Below, in pieces: positions 44,242-52,763 of a stretch of 64,000 nucleotides of DNA. Both the position numbers and the translations under genes were made by a program. The notes under the pieces are model-generated. The model was not told the origin of the DNA, ran no database searches, and saw nothing but the letters and a program-made list of their open reading frames with translations. Position 1 is the first letter of the stretch; the number at the start of each line of letters is the position of its first letter. The DNA is from Christensenella sp. (lineage in GTDB: Bacteria > Bacillota > Clostridia > Christensenellales > CAG-138): the NCBI GenBank assembly GCA_034926785.1, contig JAYFQU010000023.1, forward strand, positions 458 to 64,457, read 5' to 3'.

Positions 44242-45171
44242 ATGAGGCTTGTCGTCTTGGTTTGCACCATTGCGGTATTTCTTTCTCTGCTTGCACTATT
44301 GAGCGGCGTTGGAAAGCGAATCGATCTCATGCGCCGCCGCTTTGCTCAGGTTCAGGAAACCGAGCGCATATATAGCGATGATGAACTGAGAAAATCCTTT
44401 TCCGAACGCGTCATCCGCCCGGCGATGAACCAAATTGCCAATTTGGTTCGCCGAACGGCCGGGAAAAGAAAGGTCGCCGGTCCAAGCAAAGCCAACCAGA
44501 AACTCGAAAAACAGATCAAAGCTTCCGGCCTTCCGGTGACGATGCAGGAGTTCAACTTCATCAAAAGCACGCTGATGCTTCTGTTTCTCGTTGGCGGCAT
44601 TGTGATCTTCCTGCTCGCGCCCATTGATATCATGTATCGTTTGCTGATTTTGCTCGTCATGGCAAATATTCCGATGTATGGATCCGGCATCTTCCTCCGC
44701 TCCTGCGTGAAGGCGCGTAAGGAATCCATCTCGCACGATCTGCCGGACGTCATGGATGTTCTGGTTGTCAGCCTGGAGGCCGGTCTTGGACTGGATTCGG
44801 CGATTGTTCGGCAGTACGCCAAGAATAAGTCAATCGTACTCACCGAATTAAACAATGCCATTCGCGAGGTGCAGATGGGCGTTCCGCGCCGGACAGCGCT
44901 CAAAGAGATGGCAGACCGTTGCGACGTTAAGGAGATGACGGTATTTGTCACCGCGCTTTTACAGGCGGATCAGTTGGGCACATCGGTGAAAAATGTGCTG
45001 CAGGTACAGTCCGAGCGTCTTCGCGTAGAGCGAAAACAAGCCATACAGGCAAAGGCGGCAAAAGCACCGATCAAAATCATGCTGCCGACAGTCCTGTTCA
45101 TCTTCCCCGTGATATTCATCATTCTGCTCGGCCCGGCCGTTGTCGATATGATGGCAACGTTTGGTAAATGA
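44242..45171 (+). CDS. tadC: Type II secretion system F-domain membrane protein TadC
   Basis: 309 aa with LPDVMDVLVVSLEAGLGLDSAI and a C-terminal pair of TM segments. AAAGGAG RBS. Confidence 0.82.
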   Translation: MRLVVLVCTIAVFLSLLALLSGVGKRIDLMRRRFAQVQETERIYSDDELRKSFSERVIRPAMNQIANLVRRTAGKRKVAGPSKANQKLEKQIKASGLPVTMQEFNFIKSTLMLLFLVGGIVIFLLAPIDIMYRLLILLVMANIPMYGSGIFLRSCVKARKESISHDLPDVMDVLVVSLEAGLGLDSAIVRQYAKNKSIVLTELNNAIREVQMGVPRRTALKEMADRCDVKEMTVFVTALLQADQLGTSVKNVLQVQSERLRVERKQAIQAKAAKAPIKIMLPTVLFIFPVIFIILLGPAVVDMMATFGK

Positions 45172-45181
45172 GGTAACAAAC

Positions 45182-45526
45182 ATGAAGATACTCCAAATCC
45201 GAAAGAACGGAACAACAATCGCCAATGTGTGGCACGCAAACGGATATTTCACGCGGCTTCGTGGACTATTGGGCCGCACGCTGGATCGGGACGGCGGGCT
45301 GATGCTCTCGCCCTGCTCCAGCATCCATACGATCGGCATGCGATATGCCATTGACGCCGTCTATCTGGATCGGGGGTTTCGCGTGTTGCGGGTGGATCAG
45401 GCGATCCAACCCGGCAAGGTATGCAAAGCCCAGCATGGCGCGCGGCATATTCTCGAACTGCCGGAAGGAATGGCGTCATTAAGCAATATTTCATCTGGAG
45501 ATATTCTGGAGGTAACCCATGGATGA
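45182..45526 (+). CDS. DUF192-family small protein
   Basis: ...ANGYFTRLRGLLGR...LSPCSSIHTIGMRYAIDAVYLD...ILELPEG resembles the DUF192 (COG1430) pattern. Start trimmed to ATG 45182. The stop overlaps the next gene (ATGGATGA). Confidence 0.6.
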   Translation: MKILQIRKNGTTIANVWHANGYFTRLRGLLGRTLDRDGGLMLSPCSSIHTIGMRYAIDAVYLDRGFRVLRVDQAIQPGKVCKAQHGARHILELPEGMASLSNISSGDILEVTHG

Positions 45527-46430
45527 ACGATTAGACCGAAGCGAACGCGGAATTGACTCGCTGCGCAGCCGGATGGATGCGGACGCGCGTTTTCGCCGCG
45601 TAATATCCGGCTACGATCCGCAGGATGTCCGCTCATACGTTGAGAATGTTAAGCGGATTTTTTCGCAGCAGGCGATGGCGGCAAAGCAGGAGCAGGAGAC
45701 CTTGATTGCGCAGTTGGACTCAGCTAAAAGTGAGCTTCAGGCAAGGAACTGCGGAATTAAAAAGCTAAAGGAGCTATTGCTCGAGCGCGAAACGCAACTG
45801 ACCAACTCAAATATGCGGATTAACGCGCTGCTCCAGACCGTGAAAGCGCACGGCGCGGAGCGGGAAGAGTTGGAGCGGTTGCGCCAGGAGATTGCATCCA
45901 GCGGCAGCGCGGAGCGCCTTCAGGCGTTGGAGCGCGAAGCGCAGCGGCAGCGCGCCGCCGTTGCACAGGCGACAAGCCTTGTAGAAACGTGGAAGGAGGA
46001 GCGCGAACGCCTGCTTGCGGAAAATGAGCGCCTGCATCAGGAAGTGAGTTATCTGCGCTCCATCGCCATGTTCCCCATGCCGGAGCAGGAAGCGCCCCAT
46101 ATCTTTGCGTTCCCTGCCGCGCCAGGCGTTACAGCGGTGCCCGGCCGGCAGCAATATGCGGATGTCATCGCCGCCGAGAACCGGTTCGCAGCGCAGGCGG
46201 CCACGTCCCAGCCCGCAGCGTCCCAATCCGCCGGTTCGCAGCAGAAGGATTTTGCGCAGATTGCGGATAAACTCGCAACTATGTTCGCAGAAGCGTATCA
46301 ATTGGTCAGCCAGTTCAGAACTGCGCAGGAACCGCAGCCCGAGCCGCAGCAGCAGCGCCCCACCCAGCCATATATGCAGATTTTGCGTCCCGATGGCGGG
46401 AATGTGGACAACGTCTACAACAGAAAATAG
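45519..46430 (+). CDS. DivIVA-domain coiled-coil protein with a Gln/Pro/Ala-rich tail
   Basis: FRRVISGYDPQDVRSYVENV is a DivIVA-type N-terminal motif. It is followed by long heptad-like Glu/Leu/Arg/Gln-rich segments and a low-complexity QPAASQSAGSQQ...EPQPEPQQQRP tail. Confidence 0.65.
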   Translation: MDERLDRSERGIDSLRSRMDADARFRRVISGYDPQDVRSYVENVKRIFSQQAMAAKQEQETLIAQLDSAKSELQARNCGIKKLKELLLERETQLTNSNMRINALLQTVKAHGAEREELERLRQEIASSGSAERLQALEREAQRQRAAVAQATSLVETWKEERERLLAENERLHQEVSYLRSIAMFPMPEQEAPHIFAFPAAPGVTAVPGRQQYADVIAAENRFAAQAATSQPAASQSAGSQQKDFAQIADKLATMFAEAYQLVSQFRTAQEPQPEPQQQRPTQPYMQILRPDGGNVDNVYNRK

Positions 46431-46598
46431 ATGTGCGCAAGAGATGATAAAGCGGTCCACCATGCGTAGTCGGTCGGGTCACAGGCGGCCTTACCCCTGC
46501 GCATTTTAATTGTTACAGCACGCGATTCCCACCCGCTGTAGGCGGCGCATCCCCCGCGCGTTTCAAAAGGGTTGGCAGCGTTGAATAGTGAGGTTGAT

Positions 46599-48128
46599 AT
46601 GAAGCAAAAGGCAAGCACAACGGTTATCATGCGTCAGGATTCCCTCGCGCCGTTATTGGCGAAGGATGGGGCTCGCCCGGGGTGGAAATCCCGCCTGCCT
46701 CTACTCCTGCTGCTTTTTTTGCCGTGCCTCTTTTTGCGTGCTTCCCTGGATAACGATCTATGGTTTCTGCTCAACAGCGGGCGCTATGTACTCGCGCATG
46801 GAATTCCCGTCGTCGAGCCGTTTACCCTGCATCATAACATGGCTTTTCTGATGCAACAGTGGCTTGCCGCCGTCGTATTCTGGCTAATCTATTCCAGTCT
46901 GGGGGCCTATGGCGTGCTCGCGTTCATCTGCCTGCTGTTTCTCTGCATTGTTTGGGTTACCTACCGTTTGACGATGCTCCTCTCCCGTCAGAATTTTTTC
47001 GCTTCGTTTGTAACAACTCTGTTGATCGCCGTGCTGCTGACGCAGTTTTTCATCACGCGCCCGATCATTTTCACCCTGCTGATTCTGATCCTGGAACTCT
47101 ATTTTCTGGAGTGCTTTATCGCCTCGCACAAGGTCTCCTTTCTTTTCCCGCTGCCCATACTTTCGGCGCTGCTGATCAACTTTCAAGCCGCTATGTGGCC
47201 CATGCAGTTTATCCTGCTCCTGCCCTATGCGATTGATTCCTTTCACTTTAAGGTCGGGCGGATTCAAGGCCAGGGATATCCCAAACGGTTCTTTTTCCCT
47301 GCGGTTTTGCTGATGCTTGCCGCGGGGTTCGCTAACCCGTATGGATTTCGCGCGATGACCTATCTGTTTCGTTCCTATGGATACTCGGAGTTTTCACTGA
47401 TCGACGAAATGAAGCCCGCCAACATCAACACGTTTCTTGGATTGGTCACCTTTGGCACCATCCTTGCCGTGCTTGCGGTATATCTATTTCATAAGGATGC
47501 GAAAACGCGGCTTCGCTATGCGCTATTAACGTTCGGAACGGCGATACTGTCGCTTTCCGCCATGCGAAACTATGTCGTTTTCCTCCTTTGCGGCGTCTTC
47601 CCGCTGACATATGTGCTTCGGGATATAAAGCCGCCTGCGCTCGAAGCGAACCCCTCCAAATCCGTCAAACGCTTAAGGGTGGTTCTTCTCGTGTGTTTCA
47701 CGCTGGCTATGATCTGTCTTGCGAAAATACAGGTAAGCAGTATTCGGAAAGCCAACCTGCCCCCGCCCATTGCGGCGCCGGTAAACTTTCTGCTCGAAAC
47801 GGAGGATCCCGAAAACGTTATACTCTATACCGGTTATAATGACGGCGCGTATGCCGAATATATGGGGTTTGCTCCCTATATCGATGCCAGAGCAGAGGTG
47901 TTTGTCCCTAAAAACAATGGCCAGAGCGATATCATGAAAGAATATTGCCAGATGCTGCTTGGGAAAAAATACTACAAAGAGGTGCTGGATCAGTATCATT
48001 TTACCCACCTTCTGGTTTCCAAGGCGGATATCTTGAGCACGTATCTCCCCTATGATACGGATTATCATCTGGTCTATCAGGATGAGCAGTATTCGGTTTA
48101 CCGGTTGATCAATCCTTTGGCTTCATAG
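46599..48128 (+). CDS. Large polytopic membrane protein (~11-12 TM plus a ~130-aa soluble C-terminus), possibly GT-C-like
   Basis: After TM1 there is an acidic loop, RASLDNDLWFLLNSGRY. Many hydrophobic segments run up to about residue 380, followed by a hydrophilic C-terminal domain. GTGAGG RBS before ATG 46599; the track ORF begins at TTG 46572. The function is not recognisable by eye. Confidence 0.55.
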   Translation: MKQKASTTVIMRQDSLAPLLAKDGARPGWKSRLPLLLLLFLPCLFLRASLDNDLWFLLNSGRYVLAHGIPVVEPFTLHHNMAFLMQQWLAAVVFWLIYSSLGAYGVLAFICLLFLCIVWVTYRLTMLLSRQNFFASFVTTLLIAVLLTQFFITRPIIFTLLILILELYFLECFIASHKVSFLFPLPILSALLINFQAAMWPMQFILLLPYAIDSFHFKVGRIQGQGYPKRFFFPAVLLMLAAGFANPYGFRAMTYLFRSYGYSEFSLIDEMKPANINTFLGLVTFGTILAVLAVYLFHKDAKTRLRYALLTFGTAILSLSAMRNYVVFLLCGVFPLTYVLRDIKPPALEANPSKSVKRLRVVLLVCFTLAMICLAKIQVSSIRKANLPPPIAAPVNFLLETEDPENVILYTGYNDGAYAEYMGFAPYIDARAEVFVPKNNGQSDIMKEYCQMLLGKKYYKEVLDQYHFTHLLVSKADILSTYLPYDTDYHLVYQDEQYSVYRLINPLAS

Positions 48129-48395
48129 CCGGGTACTGGCGTAAAGATGTTGGATCGTTTATCTGAACTTCCTGATTCGGCTGATAAAACGCTTTTCGTC
48201 CGTCTATTTGGCAGGCAAAGGCAGGTTCCGTCCGGTTTATTACATTGTAACCGGTTGACTTTTTCGGTTGAATTACTATACTCATTGTTATATACAAAAT
48301 GAGTTTAACCCTTAATAGCTGCCGAGTAAGGCCGCTAACGTTCGTAGAGGGAAGTCCATGATCCATGAATGCGACGATTCGTCAGGAGGATGTAT

Positions 48396-49535
48396 ATGCG
48401 ATCCGTTTGGAAGTGGTTGAAGGGTGAGGGCGGTCAATCCACCATCATCATTGCTGTGTCCATGGTTGTGCTGTGTGGGTTTGCCGCGCTTGCAATCGAT
48501 GTAAGCAGGCTATCCGTAGAGCAGAACCAGTTGCAGAACGCCGCAGATGCGGCCGCTCTTGCCGGGGCGCGATCTCTGCCATCCTCCACAACCGCGAAAA
48601 GCCAGGCCATTCACTATGCCGGGGTCAATGGCGTCCCAGCCGCCAATACAACCGTTAATACCCCTTACAACAGCAATTCTTCCAAGATCGAGGTAATCTG
48701 TAAAGGGACGGTTCGCTACACATTTGCGCGCGTACTCGGTCTGCAATCCAAGCAGGTTTCCGCACGCGCAGTCGCAGAGAAACGGGGCTTGAGCGGCGGC
48801 GCGTTCGGCTACGCGGTCTTCTCCGGCAGCACCACGGATTTGATGCAGTTCAACTCCAGTTCTCTGGATATCTCCGGCAGCACACATTCAAATGCCGATT
48901 TTCAGATGAGCGGCACACTGCAAAAGATATCGGGCAATGCGGAGGCCGTGAAAAACTTCGCCTCTTATGTCTCCTCCATCACCATCGGCGGTACCTGTCA
49001 GGGGTCCTCTATCACCATTTCCGGCAGCACCATCAACGTGCCAAACCGCGTAACCAGCCCGGCAACCGTCATTGCGATGCCGGATTTTTCCGCGGATGTC
49101 AAGAGCGAGGCCGCCGCGGCAGGCACCTATTACACCTCATCCAAGCTCTATAACGGCGGTACGATTAACGTGGATTCCTCCATCTATGTGGACGGCGGAT
49201 CGCTCACCATCGCCGGAAGCAGTTTTTCCGGTCAAGGATGCATGGTGGCAACAGGCAATATCCAACTCAACGGCAGTCTGATTCGCTCTTCGTCCAGCTC
49301 CTCGGTCTGCCTCTACTCCAAAAATGGAGATATCCAATTCAATACCTCCGGCCTGCAGGTGGATGGTATCGTGTACGCGCCGAATGGGTTTATCCAGATC
49401 AACGCTTCTGACATCACCATCAATGGCCGTATAATCGCAAAAAAGGTTCAGATCAACGGCAGCAATGTGAAGATCACTTCGTCCACGGGAGATTTAGCCT
49501 GTCTGCCAGGCACGTCCGTGGTCCTCGTAGAGTAG
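48396..49535 (+). CDS. TadG-like protein (Tad_N pseudopilin-type N-terminus plus Ser/Gly/Thr/Asn-rich beta-solenoid-like body), copy 1
   Basis: WLKGEGGQSTIIIAVSMVVLCGFAALAIDVSRLSVEQNQLQNAADAAALAGA is the TadE/G-like N-terminal signature. AGGAGGA RBS. Start trimmed from 48369. Confidence 0.75.
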   Translation: MRSVWKWLKGEGGQSTIIIAVSMVVLCGFAALAIDVSRLSVEQNQLQNAADAAALAGARSLPSSTTAKSQAIHYAGVNGVPAANTTVNTPYNSNSSKIEVICKGTVRYTFARVLGLQSKQVSARAVAEKRGLSGGAFGYAVFSGSTTDLMQFNSSSLDISGSTHSNADFQMSGTLQKISGNAEAVKNFASYVSSITIGGTCQGSSITISGSTINVPNRVTSPATVIAMPDFSADVKSEAAAAGTYYTSSKLYNGGTINVDSSIYVDGGSLTIAGSSFSGQGCMVATGNIQLNGSLIRSSSSSSVCLYSKNGDIQFNTSGLQVDGIVYAPNGFIQINASDITINGRIIAKKVQINGSNVKITSSTGDLACLPGTSVVLVE

Positions 49536-49625
49536 TTTCCCCTAAAAGAGCATTCATGCTTTGTCACATGACTTGGGCAGTCCCTCTCATGATTCGGGCT
49601 TGACGCGATTGAATTCTACACAAAA

Positions 49626-49651
49626 GGCGTGAAAAGATTCACGCCTTTTTT
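49626..49651 (+). terminator. Rho-independent terminator after the first TadG-like gene
   Basis: GGCGTGAA-aaga-TTCACGCC followed by TTTTTTG. Confidence 0.75.
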
Positions 49652-49767
49652 GTCTCTCCTCTGCTGTTCCGCGCCGCACCGCACAGATCTGCTGTCTTTC
49701 GAATTGCTTTTTATTACATATCCGTTTCTTTATTCTATAATTCCATTGGATTGTTTCGTCACATTTC

Positions 49768-49795
49768 TTGACTTTTACCGCTGAACTCATATACT
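49768..49795 (+). promoter_or_regulatory. Candidate promoter for the second TadG-like gene
   Basis: TTGACT (49768-49773), a 16-nt spacer, then TATACT (49790-49795), in an AT-rich stretch. Confidence 0.4.
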
Positions 49796-49914
49796 CATAT
49801 TTAGATGTCAGGTTGCAGCCCGTCATCATAGCGCAGATCTCTTCAAACAGATATAGAGTGTGCCTGCGAACAATTTACTTGAGATTGAGTGTTCATCCAC
49901 TCCGGAGGATTCGT

Positions 49915-51048
49915 ATGCGATCAATCAGAGCATGGCTAAAAGGGGAGTCGGGACAGTCTGCAATCATAGTCGCTATATCGATGGTTGTACTGTGTGGATT
50001 TGCCGCGCTTGCCATAGACATCGGTCGAATCTCGGTGACGAGGGGCCAACTGCAAAACGCGGCCGATGCTGCCGCGCTCGCAGGCGCGCAGGCGCTGCCA
50101 ACCGCCGCTGCCGCGCAATCCCAGGCGGTACTCTATGCGGGAATCAACGGCGTATCGGCCGCAAACACCACCGCCACAACCCCGTTCAGCGGAACCTCCT
50201 CAAAGATCGAGGTGGTTTGCCGGGGAACGGTGCCCTATACGTTCGCGCGGGTGTTTGGATTATCTGCCAAAGATATTTCCGCGCGCTCCGTTGCGCAGAA
50301 GCAAGGGATGAGCGGCGGCGCATTCGGATATGCCATTTTTTCCGGAAGTACGCTGGATCTCATGCAGATGAGTTCGCAGAATTTGACGATTGACGGCAGT
50401 GTACATTCCAATGCGGATATCCTGTTAACCGGTACCGTCAAGATCACCGGCAATGCGGAATCCGTCAAGAGTTTTTCCGCTTATGTTACCTCTATTATCG
50501 TCGGAGGAACTTGTCAGGGATCCTCCATCTCCGTGTCCGGAGGTTCCATCAATGTACCAACCCGCATCTCCAGCCCGGCGGTAACCATCGCGATGCCGGA
50601 TTTTTCTACCGAATTGAAAGAGGATGCTTCGGCAGGGGGCAGCTATTTTACCACTTCAAAAACATATAGCGCCGGAATCATCAGTTTGGATTCCCCGATC
50701 TATGTGGACGGCGGTTCGCTCACCTTAAACGGCAACAGCTTCACCGGTCAGGGGTGCATGGTCGCGACGGGTAATATTCAGGTGAACGGAAATTTGACCC
50801 GTTCAGGCTCCAGCTCCTCCATCTGCCTGTATTCGAAAACCGGGGATATCCAAATCAACACTTCGGTTTCACGAATCGATGGCAGCCTCTATGCGCCAAA
50901 CGGAATCATACAGATCAACGGAAATGTCACGATCAATGGAAGAATTATCGCCAAGAAGGTTCAAATCAACGGCAGCACGGTCAATATCATCTCCTCTTCA
51001 GGCGATCTGGCATGCCTCCCCGGAACCTCCGTCAGCCTGGTTGAATAG
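49915..51048 (+). CDS. TadG-like protein, copy 2 (tandem paralog)
   Basis: MRSIRAWLKGESGQSAIIVAISMVVLCGFAALAIDIGRISVTRGQLQNAADAAALAGA. It is colinear with copy 1 over its full length (roughly two-thirds identical by eye), including the shared C-terminus INGRIIAKKVQINGS...GDLACLPGTSV.LVE. CGGAGGA RBS. Start trimmed from 49768. Confidence 0.75.
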   Translation: MRSIRAWLKGESGQSAIIVAISMVVLCGFAALAIDIGRISVTRGQLQNAADAAALAGAQALPTAAAAQSQAVLYAGINGVSAANTTATTPFSGTSSKIEVVCRGTVPYTFARVFGLSAKDISARSVAQKQGMSGGAFGYAIFSGSTLDLMQMSSQNLTIDGSVHSNADILLTGTVKITGNAESVKSFSAYVTSIIVGGTCQGSSISVSGGSINVPTRISSPAVTIAMPDFSTELKEDASAGGSYFTTSKTYSAGIISLDSPIYVDGGSLTLNGNSFTGQGCMVATGNIQVNGNLTRSGSSSSICLYSKTGDIQINTSVSRIDGSLYAPNGIIQINGNVTINGRIIAKKVQINGSTVNIISSSGDLACLPGTSVSLVE

Positions 51049-51076
51049 CCGCGCCGGGTCATTAAAAAAGACAGAA

Positions 51077-51106
51077 CGCACGACCGATTTCTCGTGCGCT
51101 TTTTTC
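51077..51106. terminator. Bidirectional terminator between tadG-like copy 2 and prsW
   Basis: CGCACGA-n8-TCGTGCG is flanked by AAAAAAG upstream and CTTTTTTC downstream. Confidence 0.65.
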
Positions 51107-51242
51107 TTTATCAAACGGTTTGCCCATGCTTCCAGATACCCCGGCAGGGGTTGCCGCCAATGAAAGCAACCTCGTTCGCCCTCTATACTGAAAATGGCCA
51201 AGCAAAACGCGAGGTTCATTCCCGCAGCCGGTTCTATTTTTC

Positions 51243-51962
51243 TTAAACGGGTTGATCCGTCCTGGACTCCTTTTTGACGAGCCGGATGACTATGATATAC
51301 ATTGCGACGACAAACACCAGGAACAAAAGCGCGGCAAGAAGCGTGCCGAGCAGCGCGCAGGCGTCGTAAAATCCATGCAGCAGCACCGCCGACAGAAAGC
51401 CCGCCCAGAGATTCAGTCGCTTGCCGCGCGCGTTTCCCGCATCGGCGCAGAGCTTTGCCCGCGCGTAAAAATAGCCCATGAACACAGCAAACCCCATATG
51501 CGCCGGAATGGAAAGCACCGCGCGCAAAAACGCCGTCGTCAGGCCATATCCCATGACGTAGCTGATGTTCTCAAACGCGGCGAACCCAAGCGAGACGAAC
51601 ACCGCGTAGACGATGCCGTCAAAGCGGTAGTTAAAGTTTGGGTCGCGCCAGGTGCGCCAATAGAGAAAGACGAACTTTGCCCCCTCCTCTACCACGGCGA
51701 CCACGAGAAACGCCATGATGATGGTATGCGCGGGATCATCCTCTCCTAGAAAGCGCGAGAGAATGCTCTGACCGATGGACTCCAGCATGACGGCGAACAG
51801 CGCCGCCGTAACGCCGAGAAAGACGAGGCTGACGAGCATCCCTTTCGGTTCTTTCTCGATCGTGTCCTTGCGGTAGATATAACGCATTAAAAAGAGCGCG
51901 GGCAACAGCGCCGCGACGAGATAGATCACCACCGTTGCAATGCTTGGCAATACCATAAGCAT
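51243..51962 (-). CDS. prsW: PrsW-family intramembrane metalloprotease
   Basis: Polytopic protein with VVEEGAKFVFL and LLHGFYDA motifs characteristic of PrsW. Confidence 0.78.
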   Translation of the reverse strand: MLMVLPSIATVVIYLVAALLPALFLMRYIYRKDTIEKEPKGMLVSLVFLGVTAALFAVMLESIGQSILSRFLGEDDPAHTIIMAFLVVAVVEEGAKFVFLYWRTWRDPNFNYRFDGIVYAVFVSLGFAAFENISYVMGYGLTTAFLRAVLSIPAHMGFAVFMGYFYARAKLCADAGNARGKRLNLWAGFLSAVLLHGFYDACALLGTLLAALLFLVFVVAMYIIVIRLVKKESRTDQPV

Positions 51963-51998
51963 ATCCTTTTCGCCTCTCCGTGCTTCCTGTTCGACGTG

Positions 51999-52475
51999 TT
52001 ATGCGTTCGGGTTCTTGAGGTTTCTGCGCTTTCCCGTCACCTCGTCGAGTATGACGCGGTTGACCGCCGTGACGGCGATCACCTCCGCGCGGCAGACATA
52101 GCCCGGCCTGCCGCAGTGCTCCATCAAGAGGCCAAGTCCTTTCTCCGCCTCCGCGCCGCCGAGCAGTTCCACCGCCCCGTAACCGATCAGGCTTTCATAG
52201 TCGCAGGAGTATCCCCCGCCGGTCTCCCCGAATCCGTGACAGAGATCCGCTTCGATGCAGACGCGCGGGAGCGTTTTGAGCAGTTCCGCTCGCTTGCCGG
52301 CCTGCGCGCCGTGAAAATAGACCGCGATCCTGCCGCCAATCGTCTCATATCCGAACGAGACGGGGACGATATAGGGCGCGTCCGCGTCGCTGATACCAAT
52401 TCGTATGGTATCGCAGCGTGAGAGCAGATCCATCATCTCTTCCAGCGATTTGATTTCGCGCATTTCTTTCCGCAT
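51999..52475 (-). CDS. Pyridoxamine 5-prime-phosphate oxidase-like flavin-binding fold protein
   Basis: ...IRIGISDADAPYIVPVSFGYETIGGRIAVYFHGAQAGKRAELL... resembles the PNPOx-like split-barrel family. The start is uncertain (ATG 52475 preferred over 52589). Confidence 0.5.
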   Translation of the reverse strand: MRKEMREIKSLEEMMDLLSRCDTIRIGISDADAPYIVPVSFGYETIGGRIAVYFHGAQAGKRAELLKTLPRVCIEADLCHGFGETGGGYSCDYESLIGYGAVELLGGAEAEKGLGLLMEHCGRPGYVCRAEVIAVTAVNRVILDEVTGKRRNLKNPNA

Positions 52476-52763
52476 CCTGTTTTCTCCCGTTGTCATTCCA
52501 AGATGGTATCCCTCGATATGTCCTGCCGGAGCAGGGCGTATATACCAATTGAGAATACCATAAATCCTCTCACCAGAAAAGACGGACATGCTTTTGATTT
52601 TTTATACAGAGCCATCACGGAGCCTTGATACCGCTTCCTGTTTCCCCGTGTGGAAATCCGCGCGGGATTGTGCTATCATTTTCTAAACCGGCCCTATCCG
52701 CCGCCCCGGGCGCCGCGCTTCGCCCCTGAGCCGATTGCTCCCAACCATTCTAGCGATAACGGG

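Noticed and set aside
49496-49535. LPGTS near the C-terminus of both TadG-like proteins as a possible sortase (LPXTG) signal
   Set aside because: The fifth residue is Ser, not Gly. Only 5 residues follow, with no hydrophobic segment or positively charged tail, so it is not a cell-wall sorting signal.
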